Shown here: piece after piece, positions 9,672 through 18,452 of the stretch
How the letters are laid out: each line of letters starts with the position of its first letter
Position numbering within the stretch: position 1 is the first letter of the stretch
Virus record (IMG/VR): IMGVR_UViG_3300044852_000047
Coordinates: 10,058-74,057 of that record
Length of the DNA: 64,000 nt
Origin: a virus
Taxonomy: Duplodnaviria > Caudoviricetes
Strand: one strand, 5' to 3'
The notes under the pieces: model-generated
What the model saw: only the letters and a program-made list of their open reading frames with translations
Told to the model about the DNA's origin: nothing
Databases searched by the model: none
Program-made: the position numbers and the translations under genes

Positions 9672-10116
9672 TCAATCGTTTGACCCGATGCAATTTGCCC
9701 CAGGCCAGTTGGTTGTCCCACTCATCTCGAGCGGCGAAGACCTGCACCATCGCCATGCGCTGGATGCCGTCTTTCACCACCACCGGCAAGTGGCGGTCAT
9801 GCACTTGGATCAGGTCTTCGTTTTCCATTACTACGCGGCTCTGGCTCATTTCACCGGTGTGATCGAAGCGTACCTGCCAGTGCCAGATCAATTTGCCGTT
9901 GGTTAACACCACCGAGTTAAAGGCGATACCCTGGTTGATCCTTTCCGTGCGAACCACGGAAAGGGGCTTGCCGCCTATTTTAATGTCCAGGCGCAGCAAT
10001 ACCCGACCTTCAATGCTGCGGTACAACTCCCGCATCACTGATTCTTCGGGGTACTCCATCGCCTTGATAGCCGGTAATTGCTCAATCAAAACCAAAAAGA
10101 ATTCGGTAGTCGCCAT
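9658..10116 (-). CDS. Hypothetical protein (152 aa)
   Basis: ORF with GGGGA RBS. Confidence 0.7.
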   Translation of the reverse strand: MATTEFFLVLIEQLPAIKAMEYPEESVMRELYRSIEGRVLLRLDIKIGGKPLSVVRTERINQGIAFNSVVLTNGKLIWHWQVRFDHTGEMSQSRVVMENEDLIQVHDRHLPVVVKDGIQRMAMVQVFAARDEWDNQLAWGKLHRVKRLIGAV

Positions 10117-10127
10117 GGTTCAGTCCC

Positions 10128-11180
10128 CTAGAAGAACAAATCGGCGTGGTCGATGGCCCATTGGTTGATCGCACCGTTGGACTTGAGGTCCGGCTTGCGA
10201 CGGATCAAGGACTTCATGGTGATGATCTGGTGCTCGGCCGGCATGCGGTCGATGTACTTGAGCAAGTTAAGGATGTTGTCCAGGTTGGCGTACTCGGCCA
10301 ATGCCCCGGTCATTGCGTACAAGGTGCCTGGGTCTGCCGGTACCCGGACGTCATCTGGCTTCTGGCTGATCTCGTACAGCGAGGGGAGGTTGTCGCGCAA
10401 GGCACAGAAGGCCCGGAACTCCACAGCCACCCCTTCACTGACGGTACCGGCCAACAGCGGCATTTTCTCCTTGCTGACGTTTTCCCATAGCTTGAGGAAA
10501 CGGTTGGCGAACTCCCACGGACGCGGTGCGGCGTACACCCGCTCCGGGTTGGCCGGGTCGAAGGTGTAGAAGCAGGCCGGACGAAATTGCAGAAATGAGG
10601 TGAGTCGGGTATCGAAGCCTTGCTTCTCAGCCCAGTCTACCCACACCGCCAAGTCCTCACGGACATGCAGGTGCACCAGGCGACTGATCATCGCCGTGGA
10701 CATCGGGTTGGTGATCGCACCGTCGGTGTCGAGGTTACCGGCACAGATGATGGCGACCTGTTTGTGCAGCTTGAACATGCCGACCTGGCGGTCCAGCACC
10801 ACCTTGTAGGCGGCGGCTTGTACCGACAGCGGGGCACTGTTCATCTCATCGAGGAACAACACCCAGCCGGCGTACTTCTTGCCGGTCTTTGAGTTGATCG
10901 GTAGTTCGGTGGACTCCAGCGGGAACAGATCCATCGGCACGTAATGCGCGAGGTTCTTGCTGGAATCAACCATCGGGAAACCATTGAGGTCTACCGGATC
11001 GCACTGGCTCAGGCGCACGTCGATGATGCAGAGGTTGTAACGCTCGGCCAGCAGGTGCACCAGTGCAGACTTGCCGATCGCCGGAGAGCCGTGCAGGAAC
11101 GGTACTACCTTGGCTTGAATGGCATCGACCACCAATGGCATGGCCTGGACAAAATTGACTTGCAGGTGTGGGGCAAACAT
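10128..11180 (-). CDS. MoxR-like AAA+ ATPase (N4 gp24-like)
   Basis: Walker A GSPAIGKS, IDVRLSQCDPVDLNG, Walker B LFLDEMN, AGN sensor, arginine finger ISR. Confidence 0.9.
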   Translation of the reverse strand: MFAPHLQVNFVQAMPLVVDAIQAKVVPFLHGSPAIGKSALVHLLAERYNLCIIDVRLSQCDPVDLNGFPMVDSSKNLAHYVPMDLFPLESTELPINSKTGKKYAGWVLFLDEMNSAPLSVQAAAYKVVLDRQVGMFKLHKQVAIICAGNLDTDGAITNPMSTAMISRLVHLHVREDLAVWVDWAEKQGFDTRLTSFLQFRPACFYTFDPANPERVYAAPRPWEFANRFLKLWENVSKEKMPLLAGTVSEGVAVEFRAFCALRDNLPSLYEISQKPDDVRVPADPGTLYAMTGALAEYANLDNILNLLKYIDRMPAEHQIITMKSLIRRKPDLKSNGAINQWAIDHADLFF

Positions 11181-11191
11181 AGGGATTCGTC

Positions 11192-11665
11192 CTATTGCTC
11201 GATTAATTGGCGGGTGCGGTAAACCTTGCCGTAGGCGACTTGGTCGTCCCAAGGCAGCGGGGTAATCGCGGCGACGTGTTGTTGAACGATGCGCAGCAGG
11301 TCCTGCACCGTGCCGTTAGGGGCGTGGAAGACAGGGTCCAGTTTGCTGATAGGGATGACATCCAGCTCGGTGTCATAGACATCAAACTTGATGGCTTCGC
11401 CTGTAGGAGTGAACCGCAGGTATTGGGTACCTTCGCTGAACTCATCCCCTGCACCCCAGCTACTGTTGTAGGCGATACCGCGCCGTTGCAGTTCTGGGAG
11501 GAGCACCAGATTCCCGTTGTTCACTTCCTCGAAACCCATGTTGTAGGTTTCGTCATCATTGGGGCCTTGGTCGTTCGGTAGGTCCTGGTGTTCTCTTAGC
11601 AGGGCCATGACTTCTTCCGCATGAGCCAGGGGTATATTCAGGTTGACGTAAGCACGGTCGCCCAT
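11192..11665 (-). CDS. Hypothetical protein (157 aa)
   Basis: ORF track; operon context. Confidence 0.7.
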   Translation of the reverse strand: MGDRAYVNLNIPLAHAEEVMALLREHQDLPNDQGPNDDETYNMGFEEVNNGNLVLLPELQRRGIAYNSSWGAGDEFSEGTQYLRFTPTGEAIKFDVYDTELDVIPISKLDPVFHAPNGTVQDLLRIVQQHVAAITPLPWDDQVAYGKVYRTRQLIEQ

Positions 11666-11668
11666 GAG

Positions 11669-11845
11669 TTACCCCTCACCATTCATGATGGCTTGGATGT
11701 CGCCCTGGATGTCGTCAGACCATTCATGGTTGAGCAACTGCGCCAGTGCTTCACGCTTATCGGTATCAGGCAGGGCCATGAAGCGATCGACCATTGCCTG
11801 CCCGGACTCGTTGAGCAGTTCGTAATACGGCTGAATCTGCGACAT
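11669..11845 (-). CDS. Hypothetical acidic protein (58 aa)
   Basis: Hand-translated MSQIQPYYELLNESGQAMVDRF...; AAGGA RBS. Confidence 0.65.
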   Translation of the reverse strand: MSQIQPYYELLNESGQAMVDRFMALPDTDKREALAQLLNHEWSDDIQGDIQAIMNGEG

Positions 11846-11855
11846 GGCAGGTTCC

Positions 11856-12665
11856 TTACGCGAGGGAGAGAGTTTTCTGGAACGTGGTCTGCTTGGCCTT
11901 GGCCTTGGTCAGACTGCCGTTGATGAAATACTGGTGGAGCAGGGTGCTGATCAGGCGCACGCCGAGGGTGTTTTTCTCGTAGTTCTCACGAACCACGGTC
12001 ATGACTTCCTCGACCACAGTGGCCTTTTTGACTTCAGGGAACAGGGTCAGGTAGTCGTTCAGCAGCGGGCTGCTTTCGAGGATGGTTTGCATCTGCTCCA
12101 GGGTGACCTTCTCCATGGCGAAGGTCAGGCCGACACGCCCGAGGAACTCGGTCTTGATGCCCATCTCGCGCAGACGATCCATGTCGATGTCTTCCTCACC
12201 ATTGAACGCACCGGCGAAGATGAACAGGGCACGACCGACGGGCACGTTGACGTACTTGCCGAAGTCCGCCGCTACAGAGGCCAGCTTCGATTCAAGCACC
12301 TTGAGAAATTCGTTTTGCACACCGTTGGTGGTCTCGTGCGCCAGGTCACCGTTGGTGTTGCCGCTGATGAACAGCTTGTCGAATTCGTCGACAAACACGA
12401 TGCACGGACGGTCACCGACCTGCATCAGAGGGGATAGGGCCTTGGACAACGAGTTGCCGGCGGTGCCTTCTTTGGTCAGCTGCGCGGCGTTGATCTCCAC
12501 CACGGTGATGTCCTTCAGCTCGCTGAGCAAACCAATGGTGTGGGACTTACCCGAACCGGACGGGCCGGTCAGGATGAAGTGCGGGCGGATGTTGCCTTCA
12601 CTGGCTTGGTGGATGTCCAGCACACGGGTGATCTGTTCCAGCGGGGACTTCTCGGTCATGGTCAT
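11856..12665 (-). CDS. ClpX/HslU-like AAA+ ATPase (minimal, single domain)
   Basis: GPSGSGKS, FVDEFDKL, GVQNEFLKVLE, LFIFAGAF, TEFLGRV. Confidence 0.88.
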   Translation of the reverse strand: MTMTEKSPLEQITRVLDIHQASEGNIRPHFILTGPSGSGKSHTIGLLSELKDITVVEINAAQLTKEGTAGNSLSKALSPLMQVGDRPCIVFVDEFDKLFISGNTNGDLAHETTNGVQNEFLKVLESKLASVAADFGKYVNVPVGRALFIFAGAFNGEEDIDMDRLREMGIKTEFLGRVGLTFAMEKVTLEQMQTILESSPLLNDYLTLFPEVKKATVVEEVMTVVRENYEKNTLGVRLISTLLHQYFINGSLTKAKAKQTTFQKTLSLA

Positions 12666-12668
12666 TCC

Positions 12669-12866
12669 TTAACAGTCATTGAGTGGTGCAGAACCAAGCT
12701 GGCACAGCAGCGTGTTCTGGTAAGTGAACAGAATGTTCAACAGTTGATTGCGGTCAGTGATGGGTAAGCAGCTTTCTGCATACGCAATCACGTCAGTCAG
12801 TGATTCCATGGTCGGGTAGACCGACTGAATCACCAGAGGAATAGGCAGGGGTTTAACAACAGACAT
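12669..12866 (-). CDS. Hypothetical protein (65 aa)
   Basis: ORF with AGGA RBS. Confidence 0.65.
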   Translation of the reverse strand: MSVVKPLPIPLVIQSVYPTMESLTDVIAYAESCLPITDRNQLLNILFTYQNTLLCQLGSAPLNDC

Positions 12867-12925
12867 AACAAGGGGTCCTGAGTCGTACAGAACACCGCTT
12901 GAGCGCTGTCCTATGACGGATTGAA

Positions 12926-12940
12926 CTGCCCGGAGGGCAG
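12926..12940 (-). promoter_or_regulatory. C-GGA-G triloop hairpin on the plus (template) strand; candidate vRNAP-type promoter
   Basis: Perfect hairpin CTGCCC-GGA-GGGCAG in an intergenic gap. Confidence 0.5.
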
Positions 12941-12989
12941 AGGGAAGGGGTGAAGCAGGTGCTGAACGTGCACTAGCAGACTCCAGGGA

Positions 12990-13172
12990 TTACAAGGCAG
13001 CAGTAGACTGCACGTACGGTGTGCCATTCACGGCGACCAGTAACACGGTGATCATGTGCTGCTTGCTCTTGGGCGGCTTGAAGTACTCAATAGCGGCCAG
13101 TTGCGCCCGGTAACTCGACAGGGCCTCCAGCTCCACCTTCTTCTGGTTGTAGAACGCATGGTAGGTATTCAC
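12990..13172 (-). CDS. Small conserved phage hypothetical protein
   Basis: MNTYHAFYNQKKVELEALSSYRAQ...; GGAG RBS. Confidence 0.75.
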   Translation of the reverse strand: MNTYHAFYNQKKVELEALSSYRAQLAAIEYFKPPKSKQHMITVLLVAVNGTPYVQSTAAL

Positions 13173-13474
13173 GTAGGTACACTCCTTGGGTAATCAGGTG
13201 GGTCGAAGTACACAGGTTGGGTGTAGTTGAGGTATTGCTTGCCTTTGATACGGATGGTCGTGATCGATCCCCGCTTCAATCCAAACAGTTCACCGGGCCT
13301 GGCAAAGCCGGCCACTTTCACCGGCTGGGCCGGGCGCTTGCTGTATTCACGCAGCTTGTCGAGCAGGCGTTGCAGTTCGGTGGTGCGGATCTGTGTGCTG
13401 CCCACACCCAATTGCTGGCACTGCGCAAGTTCTGCACGCAGGTAGTCCAGGTCTCGTTCAAAGTCACTGCTCAT
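13169..13474 (-). CDS. Hypothetical protein (101 aa)
   Basis: ORF coupled on both sides. Confidence 0.7.
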   Translation of the reverse strand: MSSDFERDLDYLRAELAQCQQLGVGSTQIRTTELQRLLDKLREYSKRPAQPVKVAGFARPGELFGLKRGSITTIRIKGKQYLNYTQPVYFDPPDYPRSVPT

Positions 13475-13701
13475 CGTTTAATCACCTGACCCATGCGGTA
13501 GCCTTTCCAGGCACGCGCTTGGTATTTCTTCAGCTTGGCAATTCGCGTTTGGATCACTGAGCGACGTTTGGCGTTCGGGATCACCTTGTTGAATGAGGTA
13601 AACAGCCCAGTGGTTTGCTTGCGCATCGCCTTGGTATGCCGGGTCTTTTTGAGCACCGAGTAGTACTCAATGAGGATCAGGTCTTTGTACTCAGTCTTCA
13701 T
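13471..13701 (-). CDS. Highly basic hypothetical protein (76 aa)
   Basis: MKTEYKDLIL start with GGAG RBS; K/R-rich. Confidence 0.65.
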   Translation of the reverse strand: MKTEYKDLILIEYYSVLKKTRHTKAMRKQTTGLFTSFNKVIPNAKRRSVIQTRIAKLKKYQARAWKGYRMGQVIKR

Positions 13702-13933
13702 CAGGAACTCCTTTGTTGGCTGGCAGTTCGTCATCACCGCGCAGCTTGATGTAACGAGCGTTGTTGGTGATCTCCAGCCAGCCACCGCAGCGGCACTGGA
13801 ACTGTTCGCCGCGGACGTCGTCACCGTCCTCACCTTCCACGCCAATCACGGCCTGGCAGTGCGGGCAGCGGCAGATCAGGCCGCCGTCGGTATCCCGGGC
13901 AAAGTGCACCACGTCATAAATGAAGTCGCTCAT
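13691..13933 (-). CDS. Zinc-ribbon protein
   Basis: CPHC and CRCG pairs. Confidence 0.7.
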   Translation of the reverse strand: MSDFIYDVVHFARDTDGGLICRCPHCQAVIGVEGEDGDDVRGEQFQCRCGGWLEITNNARYIKLRGDDELPANKGVPDED

Positions 13934-14313
13934 GGCCTGCCGCCTCCCAGGTCATCCTCATGGATGCCATACAGGGTGGCGATGGGGGTTTTCATCAGCT
14001 TCCGTAACTCGGCCAGTGTGCTTTCCAGATCCGCGATGCGCGCATCTTTGCCACTCAGTTCTGGGTCTTTGTGGATCGCCACGGCCGCGTTGTACGTGGC
14101 ATCGCTGACGTAACTCAGTTCACCGAAGCCATCGAGGCTGTAGCCGATCAGCTGGGCAAACTGCTCACGGTCTTCCTGGGAAAACTCCAACACGGCCAGC
14201 TTGTTCATGTCGATGCCGCCGTTGTCCAGTAGGTACCGGACAATGGCGTTTTCCTTAAAGCGCAGCCGTTGATGCTGGTCGAGTTCAAGCGGCTGGATTG
14301 GGTGTTTGTTCAT
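13930..14313 (-). CDS. Conserved phage hypothetical protein
   Basis: FKENAIVRYLLD...QFAQLIGYSLDGFGELSY; coupled ORF. Confidence 0.75.
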   Translation of the reverse strand: MNKHPIQPLELDQHQRLRFKENAIVRYLLDNGGIDMNKLAVLEFSQEDREQFAQLIGYSLDGFGELSYVSDATYNAAVAIHKDPELSGKDARIADLESTLAELRKLMKTPIATLYGIHEDDLGGGRP

Positions 14314-14606
14314 GGTTTCACCTGTTCGCGGTACAGCGCGGCGTCACGTTTTAGGGCTTCCAGTTCGGGCCAGTCGATCTTCTGGAAACCAATGTCCTTT
14401 AGCATTTCAACCGGGTCACAGTGGGTGGCGGTGCGTGGCACGGTGCCGATCAGCAAGGTGACGAACTGCTCACCGGTACGGGGTTTGAAGTTGGTGGCAA
14501 GCTTGACGCTGCCATCCCAGGAGAACTCGACTTTGTTGAAGCGACCTTGGAAGGTCACGTCGCCAATCAATAGGGGTCCGGCCATGTTTTGCATTCCTGT
14601 AGGCAT
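14310..14606 (-). CDS. Hypothetical protein (98 aa)
   Basis: ORF with GGAG RBS. Confidence 0.65.
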   Translation of the reverse strand: MPTGMQNMAGPLLIGDVTFQGRFNKVEFSWDGSVKLATNFKPRTGEQFVTLLIGTVPRTATHCDPVEMLKDIGFQKIDWPELEALKRDAALYREQVKP

Positions 14607-14758
14607 AGCTCCGCCGTGCTGTAGAAGCAGCAGTCGATGGGTATAGGGGAGCGGAGGGGTTTACAGTGGTGGGTGAATAAGTTGCAGCTCTATCTTGGCC
14701 AGTGCTTCACGCGAGGCGCTGTACACCAGCCATCACACACTGTGCACGGAAGGGTAGA

Positions 14759-15019
14759 TCAGGGCTGGCTGCCACCGTAGATACGCTTGATGTCGTTGCA
14801 CAGTGGGCAAGGTTGCCCTTCAGCAGGTGGCACAACGTCTTTGACAAAGCATGTATCCGGGTGGCTGCATCCATTACACCCGCAGCTTTTGTAGCCGGCA
14901 GGCGGCACAGGCTTGAATGCGTCGATGATTGCTCGAGCTTCAGGCGTCTTTGGCGGCAATATACTTTGGGGGTTGGGTTGACTGATGCGGTTGCGGCCAG
15001 TCGGTGTTTTGTCACTCAT
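14759..15019 (-). CDS. Cys-rich hypothetical protein
   Basis: CGCNGCSHPDTC...CPLC; GGAG RBS. Confidence 0.65.
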   Translation of the reverse strand: MSDKTPTGRNRISQPNPQSILPPKTPEARAIIDAFKPVPPAGYKSCGCNGCSHPDTCFVKDVVPPAEGQPCPLCNDIKRIYGGSQP

Positions 15020-15034
15020 GATTTGCTCCAGGGC

Positions 15035-15259
15035 TTACAGCACACGGCTCTGGAGTTCGTCCAGGCGCGTGCTGCTGATGGTTTGGGTTTCACACGCAAA
15101 GCGTGTGGTCCGGCGATTCTTAGCAGTCAGATTACCCGTCAGCCGGGTGGCCACCTGTTCACACAACACCACCTGGTCCGGCGCCGTCCAGATTCGTTGG
15201 GCGTACACCTGACAGTTCAAGGGTGTGGTGCAGATGTACAGCAGCAGGGCAGTGATCAT
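15035..15259 (-). CDS. Small exported or membrane-anchored hypothetical protein
   Basis: Hydrophobic N-terminus MITALLLYIC; four Cys. Confidence 0.65.
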   Translation of the reverse strand: MITALLLYICTTPLNCQVYAQRIWTAPDQVVLCEQVATRLTGNLTAKNRRTTRFACETQTISSTRLDELQSRVL

Positions 15260-15564
15260 GAGTGGAACTCCGACTCGCCACCGACCTTGCGCTGGATCGC
15301 ACCGACCAGCAGCTTGCTGCCACTGTAGTAACTGACCACGATCAGGTGCTCGAGCCAGCCCCCTGCGTCGTACACGACACCCTCTGCCGTAGTCTTGGGC
15401 AAGGTGCGGGCATTAAGCGCGATGGACACGTTTACGGCGTTGTCGCTGTTCCCTAAAAACAGGGCACGGTTGACGGTGTTGATGAAGTGAGTCTGCTCAT
15501 CTTCAGTGACCCGATAAGGGCTTCCATCAAGGGTAGCGGGTGGAATGATAGTGAGGTCTGTCAT
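15256..15564 (-). CDS. Hypothetical protein (102 aa)
   Basis: ORF with AAGGA RBS. Confidence 0.7.
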   Translation of the reverse strand: MTDLTIIPPATLDGSPYRVTEDEQTHFINTVNRALFLGNSDNAVNVSIALNARTLPKTTAEGVVYDAGGWLEHLIVVSYYSGSKLLVGAIQRKVGGESEFHS

Positions 15565-15830
15565 GACTGTCTCGAGTCCTTTACGGGGTGGTTTGACTGC
15601 CTTTTTTTGACCCCTCGCCGACCCATGTAAAACAGGCGTTAGTCTATAGGCAGGGTATGGTCAAAAACCTTGGTTTTGAAAAGTCAGGGTATCGCCAAGC
15701 CAGAAATAGAAGTCCTAGGAGAACTTCTCCCGACTTCTCCTAGACTGTCTTTCTCGACGCATCGCCGGCTCATCTGTACTCAGAAAAAACAAGGTCCACG
15801 CCCGTTAGGCGCAGACCTCAACTCACTCCG

Positions 15831-15845
15831 GTGCCCGGAGGGCAC
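15831..15845 (-). promoter_or_regulatory. C-GGA-G triloop hairpin (candidate vRNAP-type promoter)
   Basis: GTGCCC-GGA-GGGCAC just past the RNAP II subunit B stop. Confidence 0.5.
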
Positions 15846-15861
15846 CCTCATCTCACACCAC

Positions 15862-17103
15862 TCAACTCAGTGCGTATTCCGACTGGCGGATCAGATCCCC
15901 CAAGCCTTCCAGCTTGTTTTCGTAGTAACACTCGTGCCCGGTCAGTTGCAGGAAGATGTCTTCCAGTACCCGCGACTCAGCCAGTTCGGCGAACAGGTCG
16001 ATGTAGGTTTGACGCATGTAGTTGCAGTTCTTCGGGTGACATTTGAACTCGTCGTGTACCGTGACCAGTTCAAACGGTTGATACTCGCTCATGCGCAAGT
16101 ACAAGTTCCACAGTGCGGTCATATGCCGGTTGGACAGGTCCTTGATAGTGTCCTTGTTCAAGTAATCAAAGATCACCGAGTCCACCATTTGAGTGGCTTC
16201 ATAGCGTTCCATGTACACATGGTGAGGTAGGGTGACAGCCTCTACTTCATTGGCTTGTCCGCCCAAGTTACGCCGCTGTCTTTCAGTTATCGTAAGACGG
16301 CCGAAGTTGTTGAGGGCTTCCGCGTCATAGTTACAACGACGGTGCATGCTGCGCAGGATATAAGCGTCGATCGAGTGAATAACGTTGGCGGCATTCTTCA
16401 CATCTTTCTTCACGCCACAGTTGATGTAGTACTCATAACTAAAGGTGGCATGATCCAACTCGTCAACTTCAATACGGCACTCAACTTTCTCCATAACTTT
16501 GACACGGGCGTGGCCGTTATCCGGCAACTTCCAGCCATGGGTCAGTGCGTAAGGCTGCCAACTTCCGAGCAAGTCTTGCAGAACTTCGTTGGCGCCTGGG
16601 CACACTACCCAGTTGGCTTCGTAGAACGCCGCCAGTTCATCTGAGTCCGGCCCGAAGAGTTCCTTTGGAATCTTCTTGGAGCCGTACAAGTGAGTCATTT
16701 GCGCCTCTTTAATATCAGCGCGAGTTACATGAATGGCTTCGCCAAGTTCAATAGCGGCGGCCTTCGTTACTTCGGTGTACGCGTCCCGACGTTCTCCGGT
16801 GTTAATCAAGTTGGTGGCTTTACAGCCTTCGACGCAACCACTCAATACCGACATGATCTGCATACCACTACAGCACGCATCGAGCCCGACTAAGTGTCCA
16901 GTAGGTTCGCTATACTGAGTCTTGCGAAGTGTCTGTACTGCTTTCAAATACAAAGGGCGTTCTTTCTTTGGAGTGTCCAGATACTCCAGCCTATTGATGT
17001 TATCCAGCACCCAAGTAATGCGGTCTGGAAATAGTGCCTTGTCCAAGCCGTATTGGTTGGCAATATCAATGCACAGGTACTCGAATGCTGAATAAGTTTG
17101 CAT
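15862..17103 (-). CDS. N4-type RNA polymerase II subunit B (gp16-like)
   Basis: Motif A GLDACCSG, motif B RADIKEAQMTHLYGS, IHSIDA, motif C VHDEF. Confidence 0.95.
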   Translation of the reverse strand: MQTYSAFEYLCIDIANQYGLDKALFPDRITWVLDNINRLEYLDTPKKERPLYLKAVQTLRKTQYSEPTGHLVGLDACCSGMQIMSVLSGCVEGCKATNLINTGERRDAYTEVTKAAAIELGEAIHVTRADIKEAQMTHLYGSKKIPKELFGPDSDELAAFYEANWVVCPGANEVLQDLLGSWQPYALTHGWKLPDNGHARVKVMEKVECRIEVDELDHATFSYEYYINCGVKKDVKNAANVIHSIDAYILRSMHRRCNYDAEALNNFGRLTITERQRRNLGGQANEVEAVTLPHHVYMERYEATQMVDSVIFDYLNKDTIKDLSNRHMTALWNLYLRMSEYQPFELVTVHDEFKCHPKNCNYMRQTYIDLFAELAESRVLEDIFLQLTGHECYYENKLEGLGDLIRQSEYALS

Positions 17104-17106
17104 GGT

Positions 17107-18060
17107 TTAAAGCCTCAAGTGATCGGGCAAGCCCGTAACCAGTTCTTGTTTATACAACTCTACGGCCGCTTTCTTAAATGGGCTGCCCTGGGTGCTGATG
17201 TGATAACCTTGACAGTACAAGCGCAAGCGTTTGTCATACTTGTGGGATAAGTAGAACTTGTTACCTTGTGCCGTCATGAGTCGGTAGTGTTCATAACTTT
17301 GACGCTTCATGTTGTCCCAGTCGCGGAGTTGTTCAACCGAAGTAAACTCTTTACTCGGTTCTTCTTCCACGGTGCACAGGAACTGCGTATCCAAGCGCAG
17401 TTCCACACTGTTGCAGATGTTCAATACGTCGAGGCATACGTCCTCTTCGTGGTGATTGGCTTTACCCAGGATCACACTGTCCGCGGTGATCGTTAGATAA
17501 GGCGTCTGCCGGTTCTTGGTTAGCTTCATGGGCTTGTAGACCAACGGCGGCAAGTAACTACAGTTAATGACGTAGTTGTGCAGTTGGTCGCTCAGTTCAA
17601 TATTGGACTGGATTTGCAAACTGGCCATCTTGTGTGGCTTCACAATATCGAATACATCGGTATGCGTGAGCACAGCTACCATCTCGGCCAGCGTGGTAAT
17701 GCTGTCCTGTTTGTCATCGAACTTAAGGATGCCCGCCAACTTGGCGGTGAAACTGGTGAATAGTTCCGGGCTTTGGCAATATGCCGAGGCCACGAAGATT
17801 TCAAACACCAGTGCATTCAAGTCCATGTGCCGAACTTGGTCGATGCGCTTGTTCTTGGAGTCGTAATACGTTTGATCGAAGTACTCGTGCAACATCTCCA
17901 CGCCTTGTAACAGGCGTGGTTGAATGTCTTCATCATCACGTAAGAAGTTGCGGACATACCCGTCAATGTGATCCCGCGCAAAGCGATACTCGTTCGCCAG
18001 TTGCATGTCGCGGGGCAGCATGTGCGGTTGATTCTCGGGGGTAATCTGACGCAAACTCAT
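17107..18060 (-). CDS. N4-type RNA polymerase II subunit A (gp15-like)
   Basis: YLPPLV..P; HKYDKRLRLYCQGYHISTQG (DxxGR-like); adjacent to subunit B; start MSLRQIT with GGAG RBS. Confidence 0.92.
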   Translation of the reverse strand: MSLRQITPENQPHMLPRDMQLANEYRFARDHIDGYVRNFLRDDEDIQPRLLQGVEMLHEYFDQTYYDSKNKRIDQVRHMDLNALVFEIFVASAYCQSPELFTSFTAKLAGILKFDDKQDSITTLAEMVAVLTHTDVFDIVKPHKMASLQIQSNIELSDQLHNYVINCSYLPPLVYKPMKLTKNRQTPYLTITADSVILGKANHHEEDVCLDVLNICNSVELRLDTQFLCTVEEEPSKEFTSVEQLRDWDNMKRQSYEHYRLMTAQGNKFYLSHKYDKRLRLYCQGYHISTQGSPFKKAAVELYKQELVTGLPDHLRL

Positions 18061-18082
18061 ATCGTTCTCCTGTTGTAATAAC

Positions 18083-18289
18083 TTAGGCTGGAACAACTTG
18101 TTCTGTTGCGTGCGGTAAGGCGTACAGCGTAATCACTTGATCCGCCTTGACCGTGTAAACCTTTACATCCGACACCAGCGTGTTATTTAAACAACTGCAC
18201 AGTTGCAGGGCTTTACTAAGCCCGGACACTTGCGTGTGCACAAATTCGCCACTGGTGTTGTCCATGTACTGAAGAAACAAACTGCTCAT
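18083..18289 (-). CDS. Hypothetical protein (68 aa)
   Basis: MSSLFLQYMDN start overlapping the upstream TAA. Confidence 0.6.
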   Translation of the reverse strand: MSSLFLQYMDNTSGEFVHTQVSGLSKALQLCSCLNNTLVSDVKVYTVKADQVITLYALPHATEQVVPA

Positions 18290-18381
18290 TACTTCTTGCT
18301 CCGGTATTCGATATAAGTAATCAGGGCCATGGCACTGAAAACGATGCACAGCGCTTGCAATAACAAAGTTTCCAGTGTCAT
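18289..18381 (-). CDS. Small single-pass membrane peptide (30 aa)
   Basis: Hand-translated MTLETLLLQALCIVFSAMALITYIEYRSKK; GAAGGGG RBS. Confidence 0.55.
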   Translation of the reverse strand: MTLETLLLQALCIVFSAMALITYIEYRSKK

Positions 18382-18411
18382 GGGATTACCCCTTCAAGTT
18401 GTTAAAGAACA

Positions 18412-18437
18412 ACAGGCCAGCCCGAAGGCCAGCCTGT
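18412..18437 (-). terminator. Intrinsic terminator (UUCG hairpin)
   Basis: Minus strand ACAGGCTGGCC-TTCG-GGCTGGCCTGT with G-U pairs, then TGTTCTTT. Confidence 0.75.
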
Positions 18438-18452
18438 GAGTTTCGGAGTAAC

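Noticed and set aside
14607-14758. Possible small gene in the 150-bp gap
   Set aside because: Only very short frames without a convincing start or RBS.
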